A stretch of DNA of 64,000 nt from Eledone cirrhosa. Lineage: Eukaryota. This document shows, piece after piece, positions 1 through 18,000 of the stretch; the first letter of the stretch is position 1, and every line of letters begins with the position of its first letter. Both the position numbers and the translations under genes were made by a program. The notes under the pieces were generated by a model. It worked only from the letters and a program-made list of their open reading frames with translations. It searched no databases and had not been told where the DNA came from. The stretch lies in contig OZ024742.1 in NCBI GenBank assembly GCA_964016885.1, positions 286,812,001-286,876,000 on the forward strand, read 5' to 3'.

Positions 1-3000
1 ACCACAACTAACAAATATATAACCATTCTACCATTGTATTCTACCACAACTAACACATATATACCCATCCTACCACTGTCTTCTACCACAACTAACACAT
101 ATATTACCATCCTACCACTGTCTTCTACCACAACTAACTAATATATAACCATTCTACCATTGTATTCTACCATGACTAACACATATATAACAATTCTACC
201 ACTGTCTTCTACCAAAACTAACACATATATTACCATCCTACCACTGTGTTCTACCACAACTAACACATATATAACCATCCTACCACTGTCTTCTACCACA
301 ACTAACAAATATATAACAATTCTACCACTGTCTTCTACCACAACTAACACATATATTACCATCCTACCACTGTGTTCTACCACAACTAACACATATATAA
401 CCATCCTACCACTGTCTTCTACCACAACTAACAAATATATAACCATTCTACCACTGTGTTCTACCACAACTAACACATATATACCCATCCTACCACTGTC
501 TTCTACCACAACTAACACATATATTACCATCCTACCACTGTCTTCTACCACAACTAACACATATATAACCATCCTACCACTGTCTTCTACCACAACTAAC
601 ACATATATAACCATCCAATCACTGTCTTCTACCACAACTAACACATATATAACCATCCTACCACTGTCTTCTACCACAACTAACACATATATAACCATCC
701 TACCACTGTCTTCCACCACAACTAACACATATATACCCATCCTACCACTGTGTTCTACCACAACTAACACATATATAACCATCCTACCACTGTCTTCTAC
801 CACAACTAACACATATATAACCATCCTACCACTGTCTTCTACCACAACTAACACATATATAACCATCCTACCACTGTCTTCTACCACAACTAACACATAT
901 ATAACCATCCTACCACTGTCTTCTACCACAACTAACAAATATATAACCATTCTACCACTGTGTTCTACCACAACTAACACATATATACCCATCCTACCAC
1001 TGTGTTCTACCACAACTAACACATATATAACCATCCTACCACTGTCTTCTACCACAACTAACACATATATAACCATCCTACCACTGTCTTCTACCACAAC
1101 TAACACATATATAACCATCCTACCACTGTCTTCTACCACAACTAACAAATATATAACCATTCTACCACTGTGTTCTACCACAACTAACACATATATACCC
1201 ATCCTACCACTGTCTTCTACCACAACTAACACATATATTACCATCCTACCACTGTCTTCTACCACAACTAACACATATATAACCATCCTACCACTGTCTT
1301 CTACCACAACTAACACATATATTACCATCCTACCACTGTCTTCTACCACAACTAACAAATATATAACCATTCTACCATTGTATTCTACCATGACTAACAC
1401 ATATATAACAATTCTACCACTGTCTTCTACCAAAACTAACACATATATTACCATCCTACCACTGTGTTCTACCACAACTAACACATATATAACCATCCTA
1501 CCACTGTCTTCTACCACAACTAACAAATATATAACAATTCTACCACTGTCTTCTACCACAACTAACACATATATTACCATCCTACCACTGTGTTCTACCA
1601 CAACTAACACATATATAACCATCCTACCACTGTCTTCTACCACAACTAACAAATATATAACCATTCTACCACTGTGTTCTACCACAACTAACACATATAT
1701 ACCCATCCTACCACTGTGTTCTACCACAACTAACACATATATAACCATCCTACCACTGTCTTCTACCACAACTAACACATATATAACCATCCTACCACTG
1801 TCTTCTACCACAACTAACACATATATAACCATCCTACCACTGTCTTCTACCACAACTAACACATATATAACCATCCTACCACTGTCTTCTACCACAACTA
1901 ACACATATATAACCATCCTACCACTGTGTTCTACCACAACTAACACATATATAACCATCCTACCACTGTCGTCTACCACAACTAACACATATATAACCAT
2001 TCTACCCCTGTCTTCTGCCACAACTAACACATATATAACCATCCTACCCCTGTCTTCTACCACAACTAACACATATATAACCATCCTACCACTGTCTTCT
2101 ACCACAACTAACACATATATAACCATCCTACCACTGTGTTCTACCACAACTAACACATATATAACCATCCTACCACTGTGTTCTACCACAACTAACACAT
2201 ATATAACCATCCTACCACTGTCTTCTACCACAACTAACACATATATAACCATACCACAACTAACACATATATAACCATCCTACCACTGTCTTCTACCACA
2301 ACTAACACATATATTACCATCCTACCAGTGTGTTCTACCACAACTAACACATATATAACCATCCTACCACGGTCTTCTACCACAACTAACACATATATAA
2401 CCATCCTACCACTGTCTTCTACCACAACTAACACATATATAACCATCCTTCCACTGTCTTCTACCACAACTAACACATATATAACCATCCTACCACTGTG
2501 TTCTGCCACAACTAACAAATATTTAACCATTCTACCATTGTATTCTACCACAACTAACACATATATAACCATCCTACCACTGTCTTCTACCACAACTAAC
2601 AAATATATAACCATTCTACCATTGTATTCTACCACAACTAACACATATATACCCATCCTACCACTGTCTTCTACCACAACTAACACATATATTACCATCC
2701 TACCACTGTCTTCTACCACAACTAACAAATATATAACCATTCTACCATTGTATTCTACCATGACTAACACATATATAACAATTCTACCACTGTCTTCTAC
2801 CAAAACTAACACATATATTACCATCCTACCACTGTGTTCTACCACAACTAACATATATAACCATCATACCACTGTCTTCTACCACAACTAACAAATATAT
2901 AACAATTCTACCACTGTCTTCTACCACAACTAACACATATATTACCATCCTACCACTGTGTTCTACCACAACTAACACATATATAACCATCCTACCACTG

Positions 3001-6000
3001 TCTTCTACCACAACTAACAAATATATAACCATTCTACCACTGTGTTCTACCACAACTAACACATATATACCCATCCTACCACTGTCGTCTACCACAACTA
3101 ACACATATATTACCATCCTACCACTGTCTTCTACCACAACTAACACATATATAACCATCCAATCACTGTCTTCTACCACAACTAACACATATATAACCAT
3201 CCTACCACTGTCTTCTACCACAACTAACACATATATAACCATCCTACCACTGTCTTCCACCACAACTAACACATATATACCCATCCTACCACTGTGTTCT
3301 ACCACAACTAACACATATATAACCATCCTACCACTGTCTTCTACCACAACTAACACATATATAACCATCCTACCACTGTCTTCTACCACAACTAACACAT
3401 ATATAACCATCCTACCACTGTCTTCTACCACAACTAACACATATATAACCATCCTACCACTGTCTTCTACCACAACTAACATATATATAACCATCCTACC
3501 ACTGTGTTCTACCACAACTAACACATATATAACCATCCTACCACTGTCGTCTACCACAACTAACACATATATTACCATCCTACCACTGTCTTCTACCACA
3601 ACTAACACATATATAACCATTCTACCCCTGTCTTCTGCCACAACTAACACATATATAACCATCCTACCCCTGTCTTCTACCACAACTAACACATATATAA
3701 CCATCCTACCACTGTCTTCTACCACAACTAACACATATATAACCATCCTACCACTGTCTTCTACCACAACTAACACATATATAACCATACCACAACTAAC
3801 ACATATATAACCATCCTACCACTGTCTTCTACCACAACTAACACATATATTACCATCCTACCACTGTCTTCTACCACAACTAACACATATATAACCATCC
3901 TTCCACTGTCTTCTACCACAACTAACACATATATAACCATCCTTCCACTGTCTTCTACCACAACTAACAAATATATAACCATTCTACCATTGTATTCTAC
4001 CACAACTAACACATATATACACATCCTACCACTGTCTTCTACCACAACTAACACATATATTACCATCCTACCACTGTCTTCTACCACAACTAACAAATAT
4101 ATAACCATTCTACCATTGTATTCTACCATGACTAACACATATATAACAATTCTACCACTGTCTTCTACCAAAACTAACACATATATTACCATCCTACCAC
4201 TGTGTTCTACCACAACTAACACATATATAACCATCCTACCACTGTCTTCTACCACAACTAACAAATATATAACCATTCTACCACTGTGTTCTACCACAAC
4301 TAACACATATATACCCATCCTACCACTGTCTTCTACCACAACTAACACATATATTACCATCCTACCACTGTCTTCTACCACAACTAACACATATATAACC
4401 ATCCTACCACTGTCTTCTACCACAACTAACACATATATAACCATCCAATCACTGTCTTCTACCACAACTAACACATATATAACCATCCTACCACTGTCTT
4501 CTACCACAACTAACACATATATAACCATCCTACCACTGTCTTCCACCACAACTAACACATATATACCCATCCTACCACTGTGTTCTACCACAACTAACAC
4601 ATATATAACCATCCTACCACTGTCTTCTACCACAACTAACACATATATAACCATCCTACCACTGTCTTCTACCACAACTAACACATATATAACCATCCTA
4701 CCACTGTCTTCTACCACAACTAACACATATATAACCATCCTACCACTGTCTTCTACCACAACTAACACATATATAACCATCCTACCACTGTGTTCTACCA
4801 CAACTAACACATATATAACCATCCTACCACTGTCGTCTACCACAACTAACACATATATTACCATCCTACCACTGTCTTCTACCACAACTAACACATATAT
4901 AACCATCCTACCACTGTCTTCTACCACAACTAACACATATATAACCATCCTACCACTGTCTTCCACCACAACTAACACATATATACCCATCCTACCACTG
5001 TGTTCTACCACAACTAACACATATATAACCATCCTACCACTGTCTTCTACCACAACTAACACATATATAACCATCCTACCACTGTCTTCTACCACAACTA
5101 ACACATATATAACCATCCTACCACTGTCTTCTACCACAACTAACACATATATAACCATCCTACCACTGTCTTCTACCACAACTAACACATATATAACCAT
5201 CCTACCACTGTGTTCTACCACAACTAACACATATATAACCATCCTACCACTGTCGTCTACCACAACTAACACATATATTACCATCCTACCACTGTCTTCT
5301 ACCACAACTAACACATATATAACCATTCTACCCCTGTCTTCTGCCACAACTAACACATATATAACCATCCTACCCCTGTCTTCTACCACAACTAACACAT
5401 ATATAACCATCCTACCACTGTCTTCTACCACAACTAACACATATATAACCATCCTACCACTGTGTTCTACCACAACTAACACATATATAACCATCCTACC
5501 ACTGTGTTCTACCACAACTAATACATATATAACCATCCTACCACTGTCTTCTACCACAACTAACACATATATAACCATACCACAACTAACACATATATAA
5601 CCATCCTACCACTGTCTTCTACCACAACTAACACATATATTACCATCCTACCAGTGTGTTCTACCACAACTAACACATATATAACCATCCTACCACGGTC
5701 TTCTACCACAACTAACACATATATAACCATCCTACCACTGTCTTCTACCACAACTAACACATATATAACCATCCTTCCACTGTCTTCTACCACAACTAAC
5801 ACATATATAACCATCCTACCACTGTCTTCTACCACAACTAACAAATATATAACCATTCTACCATTGTATTCTACCACAACTAACACATATATACCCATCC
5901 TACCACTGTCTTCTACCACAACTAACACATATATTACCATCCTACCACTGTCTTCTACCACAACTAACAAATATATAACCATTCTACCATTGTATTCTAC

Positions 6001-9000
6001 CATGACTAACACATATATAACAATTCTACCACTGTCTTCTACCAAAACTAACACATATATTACCATCCTACCACTGTGTTCTACCACAACTAACACATAT
6101 ATAACCATCCTACCACTGTCTTCTACCACAACTAACAAATATATAACAATTCTACCACTGTCTTCTACCACAACTAACACATATATTACCATCCTACCAC
6201 TGTGTTCTACCACAACTAACACATATATAACCATCCTACCACTGTCTTCTACCACAACTAACAAATATATAACCATTCTACCACTGTGTTCTACCACAAC
6301 TAACACATATATACCCATCCTACCACTGTCTTCTACCACAACTAACACATATATTACCATCCTACCACTGTCTTCTACCACAACTAACACATATATAACC
6401 ATCCTACCACTGTCTTCTACCACAACTAACACATATATAACCATCCAATCACTGTCTTCTACCACAACTAACACATATATAACCATCCTACCACTGTCTT
6501 CTACCACAACTAACACATATATAACCATCCTACCACTGTCTTCCACCACAACTAACACATATATACCCATCCTACCACTGTGTTCTACCACAACTAACAC
6601 ATATATAACCATCCTACCACTGTCTTCTACCACAACTAACACATATATAACCATCCTACCACTGTCTTCTACCACAACTAACACATATATAACCATCCTA
6701 CCACTGTCTTCTACCACAACTAACACATATATAACCATCCTACCACTGTCTTCTACCACAACTAACACATATATAACCATCCTACCACTGTGTTCTACCA
6801 CAACTAACACATATATAACCATCCTACCACTGTCGTCTACCACAACTAACACATATATTACCATCCTACCACTGTCTTCTACCACAACTAACACATATAT
6901 AACCATTCTACCCCTGTCTTCTGCCACAACTAACACATATATAACCATCCTACCCCTGTCTTCTACCACAACTAACACATATATAACCATACCACAACTA
7001 ACAAATATATAACCATTCTACCATTGTATTCTACCATGACTAACACATATATAACAATTCTACCACTGTCTTCTACCAAAACTAACACATATATTACCAT
7101 CCTACCACTGTGTTCTACCACAACTAACACATATATAACCATCCTACCACTGTCTTCTACCACAACTAACAAATATATAACCATTCTACCACTGTGTTCT
7201 ACCACAACTAACACATATATACCCATCCTACCACTGTCTTCTACCACAACTAACACATATATTACCATCCTACCACTGTCTTCTACCACAACTAACACAT
7301 ATATAACCATCCTACCACTGTCTTCTACCACAACTAACACATATATAACCATCCAATCACTGTCTTCTACCACAACTAACACATATATAACCATCCTACC
7401 ACTGTCTTCTACCACAACTAACACATATATAACCATCCTACCACTGTCTTCCACCACAACTAACACATATATACCCATCCTACCACTGTGTTCTACCACA
7501 ACTAACACATATATAACCATCCTACCACTGTCTTCTACCACAACTAACACATATATAACCATCCTACCACTGTCTTCTACCACAACTAACACATATATAA
7601 CCATCCTACCACTGTCTTCTACCACAACTAACACATATATAACCATCCTACCACTGTCTTCTACCACAACTAACACATATATAACCATCCTACCACTGTC
7701 TTCTACCACAACTAACACATATATAACCATCCTACCACTGTCTTCTACCACAACTAACACATATATAACCATCCTACCACTGTGTTCTACCACAACTAAC
7801 ACATATATAACCATCCTACCACTGTCGTCTACCACAACTAACACATATATTACCATCCTACCACTGTCTTCTACCACAACTAACACATATATAACCATCC
7901 TACCACTGTGTTCTACCACAACTAACACATATATAACCATCCTACCACTGTCGTCTACCACAACTAACACATATATACCCATCCTACCACTGTGTTCTAC
8001 CACAACTAACACATATATAACCATCCTACCACTGTCTTCTACCACAACTAACACATATATAACCATCCTACCACTGTCTTCTACCACAACTAACACATAT
8101 ATAACCATCCTACCACTGTCTTCTACCACAACTAACACATATATAACCATCCTACCACTGTCTTCTACCACAACTAACACATATATAACCATCCTACCAC
8201 TGTGTTCTACCACAACTAACACATATATAACCATCCTACCACTGTCGTCTACCACAACTAACACATATATTACCATCCTACCACTGTCTTCTACCACAAC
8301 TAACACATATATAACCATTCTACCCCTGTCTTCTGCCACAACTAACACATATATAACCATCCTACCCCTGTCTTCTACCACAACTAACACATATATAACC
8401 ATCCTACCACTGTCTTCTACCACAACTAACACATATATAACCATCCTACCACTGTCTTCTACCACAACTAACACATATATAACCATCCTACCACTGTGTT
8501 CTACCACAACTAACACATATATAACCATCCTACCACTGTGTTCTACCACAACTAATACATATATAACCATCCTACCACTGTCTTCTACCACAACTAACAC
8601 ATATATAACCATACCACAACTAACACATATATAACCATCCTACCACTGTCTTCTACCACAACTAACACATATATTACCATCCTACCAGTGTGTTCTACCA
8701 CAACTAACACATATATAACCATCCTACCACGGTCTTCTACCACAACTAACACATATATAACCATCCTACCACTGTCTTCTACCACAACTAACACATATAT
8801 AACCATCCTTCCACTGTCTTCTACCACAACTAACACATATATAACCATCCTACCACTGTCTTCTACCACAACTAACAAATATATAACCATTCTACCATTG
8901 TATTCTACCACAACTAACACATATATACCCATCCTACCACTGTCTTCTACCACAACTAACACATATATTACCATCCTACCACTGTCTTCTACCACAACTA

Positions 9001-12000
9001 ACAAATATATAACCATTCTACCATTGTATTCTACCATGACTAACACATATATAACAATTCTACCACTGTCTTCTACCAAAACTAACACATATATTACCAT
9101 CCTACCACTGTGTTCTACCACAACTAACACATATATAACCATCCTACCACTGTCTTCTACCACAACTAACAAATATATAACAATTCTACCACTGTCTTCT
9201 ACCACAACTAACACATATATTACCATCCTACCACTGTGTTCTACCACAACTAACACATATATAACCATCCTACCACTGTCTTCTACCACAACTAACAAAT
9301 ATATAACCATTCTACCACTGTGTTCTACCACAACTAACACATATATACCCATCCTACCACTGTCTTCTACCACAACTAACACATATATTACCATCCTACC
9401 ACTGTCTTCTACCACAACTAACACATATATAACCATCCTACCACTGTCTTCTACCACAACTAACACATATATAACCATCCAATCACTGTCTTCTACCACA
9501 ACTAACACATATATAACCATCCTACCACTGTCTTCTACCACAGCTAACACATATATAACCATCCTACCACTGTCTTCCACCACAACTAACACATATATAC
9601 CCATCCTACCACTGTGTTCTACCACAACTAACACATATATAACCATCCTACCACTGTCTTCTACCACAACTAACACATATATAACCATCCTACCACTGTC
9701 TTCTACCACAACTAACACATATATAACCATCCTACCACTGTCTTCTACCACAACTAACACATATATAACCATCCTACCACTGTCTTCTACCACAACTAAC
9801 ACATATATAACCATCCTACCACTGTGTTCTACCACAACTAACACATATATAACCATCCTACCACTGTCGTCTACCACAACTAACACATATATTACCATCC
9901 TACCACTGTCTTCTACCACAACTAACACATATATAACCATTCTACCCCTGTCTTCTGCCACAACTAACACATATATAACCATCCTACCCCTGTCTTCTAC
10001 CACAACTAACACATATATAACCATCCTACCACTGTCTTCTACCACAACTAACACATATATAACCATCCTACCACTGTGTTCTACCACAACTAACACATAT
10101 ATAACCATCCTACCACTGTGTTCTACCACAACTAACACATATATAACCATCCTACCACTGTCTTCTACCACAACTAACACATATATAACCATACCACAAC
10201 TAACACATATATAACCATCCTACCACTGTCTTCTACCACAACTAACACATATATTACCATCCTACCAGTGTCTTCTACCACAACTAACACATATATAACC
10301 ATCCTACCACGGTCTTCTACCACAACTAACACATATATAACCATCCTACCACTGTCTTCTACCAGAACTAACACATATATAACCATCCTTCCACTGTCTT
10401 CTACCACAACTAACACATATATAACCATCCTACCACTGTGTTCTGCCACAACTAACAAATATATAACCATTCTACCATTGTATTCTACCACAACTAACAC
10501 ATATATAACCATCCTACCACTGTCTTCTACCACAACTAACAAATATATAACCATTCTACCATTGTATTCTACCACAACTAACACATATATACCCATCCTA
10601 CCACTGTCTTCTACCACAACTAACACATATATTACCATCCTACCACTGTCTTCTACCACAACTAACAAATATATAACCATTCTACCATTGTATTCTACCA
10701 TGACTAACACATATATAACAATTCTACCACTGTCTTCTACCAAAACTAACACATATATTACCATCCTACCACTGTGTTCTACCACAACTAACACATATAT
10801 AACCATCCTACCACTGTCTTCTACCACAACTAACAAATATATAACCATTCTACCACTGTGTTCTACCACAACTAACACATATATACCCATCCTACCACTG
10901 TCTTCTACCACAACTAACACATATATTACCATCCTACCACTGTCTTCTACCACAACTAACACATATATAACCATCCTACCACTGTCTTCTACCACAACTA
11001 ACACATATATAACCATCCAATCACTGTCTTCTACCACAACTAACACATATATAACCATCCTACCACTGTCTTCTACCACAACTAACACATATATAACCAT
11101 CCTACCACTGTCTTCCACCACAACTAACACATATATACCCATCCTACCACTGTGTTCTACCACAACTAACACATATATAACCATCCTAACACTGTCTTCT
11201 ACCACAACTAACACATATATAACCATCCTACCACTGTCTTCTACCACAACTAACACATATATAACCATCCTACCACTGTCTTCTACCACAACTAACACAT
11301 ATATAACCATCCTACCACTGTCTTCTACCACAACTAACACATATATAACCATCCTACCACTGTGTTCTACCACAACTTACACATATATAACCATCCTACC
11401 ACTGTCGTCTACCACAACTAACACATATAATACCATCCTACCACTGTCTTCTACCACAACTAACACATATATAACCATCCTACCACTGTCTTCTACCACA
11501 ACTAACACATATATAACCATCCTACGACTGTCTTCTACCACAACTAACACATATATAGCCATCCTACCACTGTCTTCTACCACAACTAACACATATATAA
11601 CCATCCTACCACTGTCTTCTACCACAACTAACACATATATAACCATCCTACCACTGTCTTCTACCACAACTAACACATATATAACCATCCTACCACTGTG
11701 TTCTACCACAACTAACACATATATAACCATCCTACCACTGTCGTCTACCACAACTAACACATATATTACCATCCTACCACTGTCTTCTACCACAACTAAC
11801 ACATATATAACCATTCTACCCCTGTCTTCTGCCACAACTAACACATATATAACCATCCTACCCCTGTCTTCTACCACAACTAACACATATATAACCATCC
11901 TACCACTGTCTTCTACCACAACTAACACATATATAACCATCCTACCACTGTGTTCTACCACAACTAACACATATATAACCATCCTACCACTGTGTTCTAC

Positions 12001-15000
12001 CACAACTAACACATATATAACCATCCTACCACTGTCTTCTACCACAACTAACACATATATAACCATACCACAACTAACACATATATAACCATCCTACCAC
12101 TGTCTTCTACCACAACTAACACATATATTACCATCCTACCAGTGTGTTCTACCACAACTAACACATATATAACCATCCTACCACGGTCTTCTACCACAAC
12201 TAACACATATATAACCATCCTACCACTGTCTTCTACCACAACTAACACATATATAAACATCCTTCCACTGTCTTCTACCACAACTAACACATATATAACC
12301 ATCCTACCACTGTCTTCTACCACAACTAACAAATATATAACCATTCTACCATTGTATTCTACCACAACTAACACATATATACCCATCCTACCACTGTCTT
12401 CTACCACAACTAACACATATATTACCATCCTACCACTGTCTTCTACCACAACTAACAAATATATAACCATTCTACCATTGTATTCTACCATGACTAACAC
12501 ATATATAACAATTCTACCACTGTCTTCTACCAAAACTAACACATATATTACCATCCTACCACTGTGTTCTACCACAACTAACACATATATAACCATCCTA
12601 CCACTGTCTTCTACCATAACTAACAAATATATAACAATTCTACCACTGTCTTCTACCACAACTAACACATATATTACCATCCTACCACTGTGTTCTACCA
12701 CAACTAACACATATATAACCATCCTACCACTGTCTTCTACCACAACTAACAAATATATAACCATTCTACCACTGTGTTCTACCACAACTAACACATATAT
12801 ACCCATCCTACCACTGTCTTCTACCACAACTAACACATATATTACCATCCTACCACTGTCTTCTACCACAACTAACACATATATTACCATCCAACCAGTG
12901 TGTTCTACCACAACTAACACATATATAACCATCCTACCACTGTGTTCTACCACAACTAACAAATATATACCCATCCTACCACTGTCTTCTACCACAACTA
13001 ACACATATATAACCATCCTTCCACTGTCTTCTACCACAACTAACACATATATAACCATCCTACCACTGTGTTCTGCCACAACTAACACATATATAACCAT
13101 CCTTCCACTGTCTTCTACCACAACTAACACATATATAACCATCCTACCACTGTCTTCTACCACAACTAACACATATATAACCATCCTACCACTGTCTTCT
13201 ACCACAACTAACACATATATAACCATCCTTCCACTGTCTTCTACCACAACTAACACATATATAACCATCCTACCACTGTGTTCTGCCACAACTAACACAT
13301 ATATAACCATCCTACCACTGTCTTCTACCACAACTAACACATATATACCCATCATACCACTGTCTTCTACCACAACTAACACATATATAACCATCCTACC
13401 ACTGTCTTCTACCACAACTAACACACATATAACCATCCTAACACTGACTTCTACCACAACTAACACATATATACCCATCCTACCACTGTGTTCTACCACA
13501 ACTAACACATATATAACCATCCTACCACTGTCTTCTACCACAACTAACACATATATACCCATCCTACCACTGTGTTCTACCACAACTAACACATATATAA
13601 CCATCCTACCACTGTCTTCTACCACAACTAACACATATATACCCATCCTACCACTGTATTCTACCACAACTAACACATATATAACCATCCAACCACTGTG
13701 TTCTACCACAACTAACACATATATAACCATCCTACCACTGTCTTCTACAACAACTAACACATATATAACCATCCTACCACTGTGTTCTACCACAACTAAC
13801 ACATATATACCCATCCTACCACTGTCTTCTACCACAACTAACACATATATAACCATCCTACCACTGTCTTCTACCACAACTAACACATAAATAACCATCC
13901 TACCACTGTGTTCTACCACAACTAACACATATATAACCATCCTACCACTGTCTTCTACCACAACTAACACATATATAACCCTCCTACCACTGTCTTCTAC
14001 CACAACTAACACATATATAACCATCCTACCACTGTGTTCTACCACAACTAACGAATATATAACCATCCTACCACTGTCTTCTACCACAACTAACACATAT
14101 ATAACCATCCTACCACTGTGTTCTACCACAACCATCCTACCACTGTATTCTACCACAACCATCCTACCACTCTGTTCTACCACACCCATCCTACCACTGT
14201 TTTCTACCACAACCATCCTACCACTGTGTTCTACCACAACCATCCTACCACTGTGTTCTACCACAACCATCCTACCACTGTGTTCTACCACACCCATCCT
14301 AACACTCTGTTCTACCACACCCATCCTACCACTATGTTCTACCACAACCATCCTACCACTGTGTTCTACCACAACCATCCTACCACTGTGTTCTACCACA
14401 ACCATCCTACCACTCTGTTCTACCACAACCATCCTACCACTCTGTTCTACCACAACCATCCTACCACTGTATTCTACCACAACCATCCTACCACTCTGTT
14501 CTACCGCAACCATCCTACCACTGTGTTCTACCACAACCATCCTACCACTGTATTCTACCACAACCATCCTACCACTGTGTTCTACCACAACCATCCTACC
14601 ACTGTGTTCTACCACACCCATCCTAACACTCTGTTCTACCACACCCATCCTGCCACTATGTTCTACCACAACCATCCTACCACTGTATTCTACCACAACC
14701 ATCCTACCACTCTGTTCTACCACAACCATCCTACCACTCTGTTCTACCACAACCATCCTACCACTCTGTTCTACCACAACCATCCTACCACTGTGTTCTA
14801 CCACAACCATCCTACCACTGTATTCTACCACAACCATCCCACCAATGTGTTCTACCACAACCATCCTACCACTCTGTTCTACCACAAACATCCTACCACT
14901 GTGTTCTACCACACCCATCCTACCACTGTCTTCTACCACAACTAACACATATATAACCATCCTACCACTGTCTTCTACCACAACTAACACATATATAACC

Positions 15001-18000
15001 ATCCTACCACTGTCTTCTACCACAACTAACACATATATAACCATCCTACCACTGTGTTCTACCACAACTAACACATATATAACCATCCTACCACTGTCGT
15101 CTACCACAACTAACACATATATAACCATCCTACCCCTGTCTTCTACCACAACTAACACATATATAACCATCCTACCACTGTCTTCTACCACAACTAACAC
15201 ATATATAACCATCCTACCACTGTGTTCTACCACAACTAACACATATATAACCATCCTACCACTGTGTTCTACCACAACTAACACATATATAACCATCCTA
15301 CCACTGTCTTCTACCACAACTAACACATATATAACCATCCTACCACTGTCTTCTACCACAACTAACACATATATAACCATCCTACCAATGTCTTCTACCT
15401 CTACTAACACATATATTACCATCCTACCAGTGTGTTCTACCACAACTAACACATATATAACCATCCTACCACTGTCTTCTACCACAACTAACACATATAT
15501 AACCATCCTACCACTGTCTTCTACCACAACTAACACATATATAACCATCCTTCCACTGTCTTCTACCACAACTAACACATATATAACCATCCTACCACTG
15601 TCTTCTACCACAACTAACACATATATAACCATCCTACCACGGTCTTCTACCACAACTAACACATATATAACCATCCTACCACTGTCTTCTACCACAACTA
15701 ACACATATATAACCATCCTAACACTGACTTCTACCACAACTAACACATATATACCCATCCTACCACTGTGTTCTACCACAACTAACACATATATAACCAT
15801 CCTACCACTGTCTTCTACCACAACTAACACATATATACCCATCCTACCACTGTGTTCTACCACAACTAACACATATATAACCATCCTACCACTGTCTTCT
15901 ACCACAACTAACACATATATACCCATCCTACCACTGTATTCTACCACAACTAACACATATATAACCATCCAACCACTGTGTTCTACCACAACTAACACAT
16001 ATATAACCATCCTACCACTGTCTTCTACAACAACTAACACATATATAACCATCCTACCACTGTCTTCTACCACAACTAACACATAAATAACCATCCTACC
16101 ACTGTGTTCTACCACAACTAACACATATATAACCATCCTACCACTGTCTTCTACCACAACTAACACATATATAACCCTCCTACCACTGTCTTCTACCACA
16201 ACTAACACATATATAACCATCCTACCACTGTGTTCTACCACAACTAACGAATATATAACCATCCTACCACTGTCTTCTACCACAACTAACACATATATAA
16301 CCATCCTACCACTGTGTTCTACCACAACCATCCTACCACTGTATTCTACCACAACCATCCTACCACTCTGTTCTACCACACCCATCCTACCACTGTGTTC
16401 TACCACAACCATCCTACCACTGTGTTCTAGCACAACCATCCTACCACTGTATTCTACCACAACCATCCTACCACTCTGTTCTACCACAACCATCCTACCA
16501 CTCTGTTCTACCACAACCATCCTACCACTGTATTCTACCACAACCATCCTACCACTGTGTTCTATCACAGCCATCCTACCACTGTGTTCTACCAAAACCA
16601 TCCTACCACTGTGTTCTACCACAACCATCCTACCACTCTGTTCTACCACACCCATCCTAACACTCTGTTCTACCACACCCATCCTGCCACTATGTTCTAC
16701 CACAACCATCCTACCACTGTATTCTACCACAACCATCCTACCACTCTGTTCTACCACAACCATCCTACCACTCTGTTCTACCACAACCATCCTACCACTG
16801 TGTTCTACCACAACCATCCTACCACTGTATTCTACCACAACCATCCTACCACTGTGTTCTATCACAGCCATCCTACCACTGTGTTCTACCAAAACCATCC
16901 TACCACTGTGTTCTACCACAACCATCCTACCACTCTGTTCTACCACAACCATCCTACCAGTGTGTTCTACCACAACCATCCTACCACCGTGTTCTACCAC
17001 AACCATCCTACCACTGTATTCTACCACAACCATCCTACCACTCTGTTCTACCACACCCATCCTACCACTATGTTCTACCACAACCATCCTACCAGTGTGT
17101 TCTACCACAACCATCCTACCACTGTATTCTACCACAACCATCCTACCACTCTGTTCTACCACACCCATCCTACCACTATGTTCTACCACAACCATCCTAC
17201 CACTCTGTTCTACCACAACCATCCTACCACTGTGTTCTACCACAACCATCCTACCACTGTGTTCTACCACAACCATCCTACCACTGTATTCTACCACAAC
17301 CATCCCACCACTGTGTTCTACCACAACCATCCTACCACTCTGTTCTACCACAACCATCCTACCACTGTGTTCTACCACAACCATCCTACCACTGTGTTCT
17401 ACCACAACCATCCTACCACTGTATTCTACCACAACCATCCCACCACTGTGTTCTACCACAACCATCCTACCACTGTATTCTACCACAACCATCCTACCAC
17501 TGTGTTCTACCACAACCATCCTACAACTCTGTTCTACCACAATCATCCTACTACTATGTTCTACCACTGTATTCTACCACAACCATCCCACCAATGTGTT
17601 CTACCACAACCATCCTACCACTGTATTCTACCACACCCATCCTACCACTGTGTTCTACCACAACCATCCTACCACTGTATTCTAACACAACCATCCTACC
17701 ACTGTGTTCTACCACAACCATCCTACCACTGTGTTCTACCACAACCATCCTACGACTGTATTCTACCACACGCATCCTACCACTGTGTTCTACCACAACT
17801 AACACATATAAAACCATCCTACCACTGTCTTCTACCACAACTAACACATATATAACCATCCTACCACTGTCTTCTAACATAACTAACACACATATAACCA
17901 TCCTACCACTGTCTTCTACCACAACTAACACATATATAACCATCCTACCACTGTCTTCTACCACAACTAACACATATATAACCATCCTACCACTGTCGTC

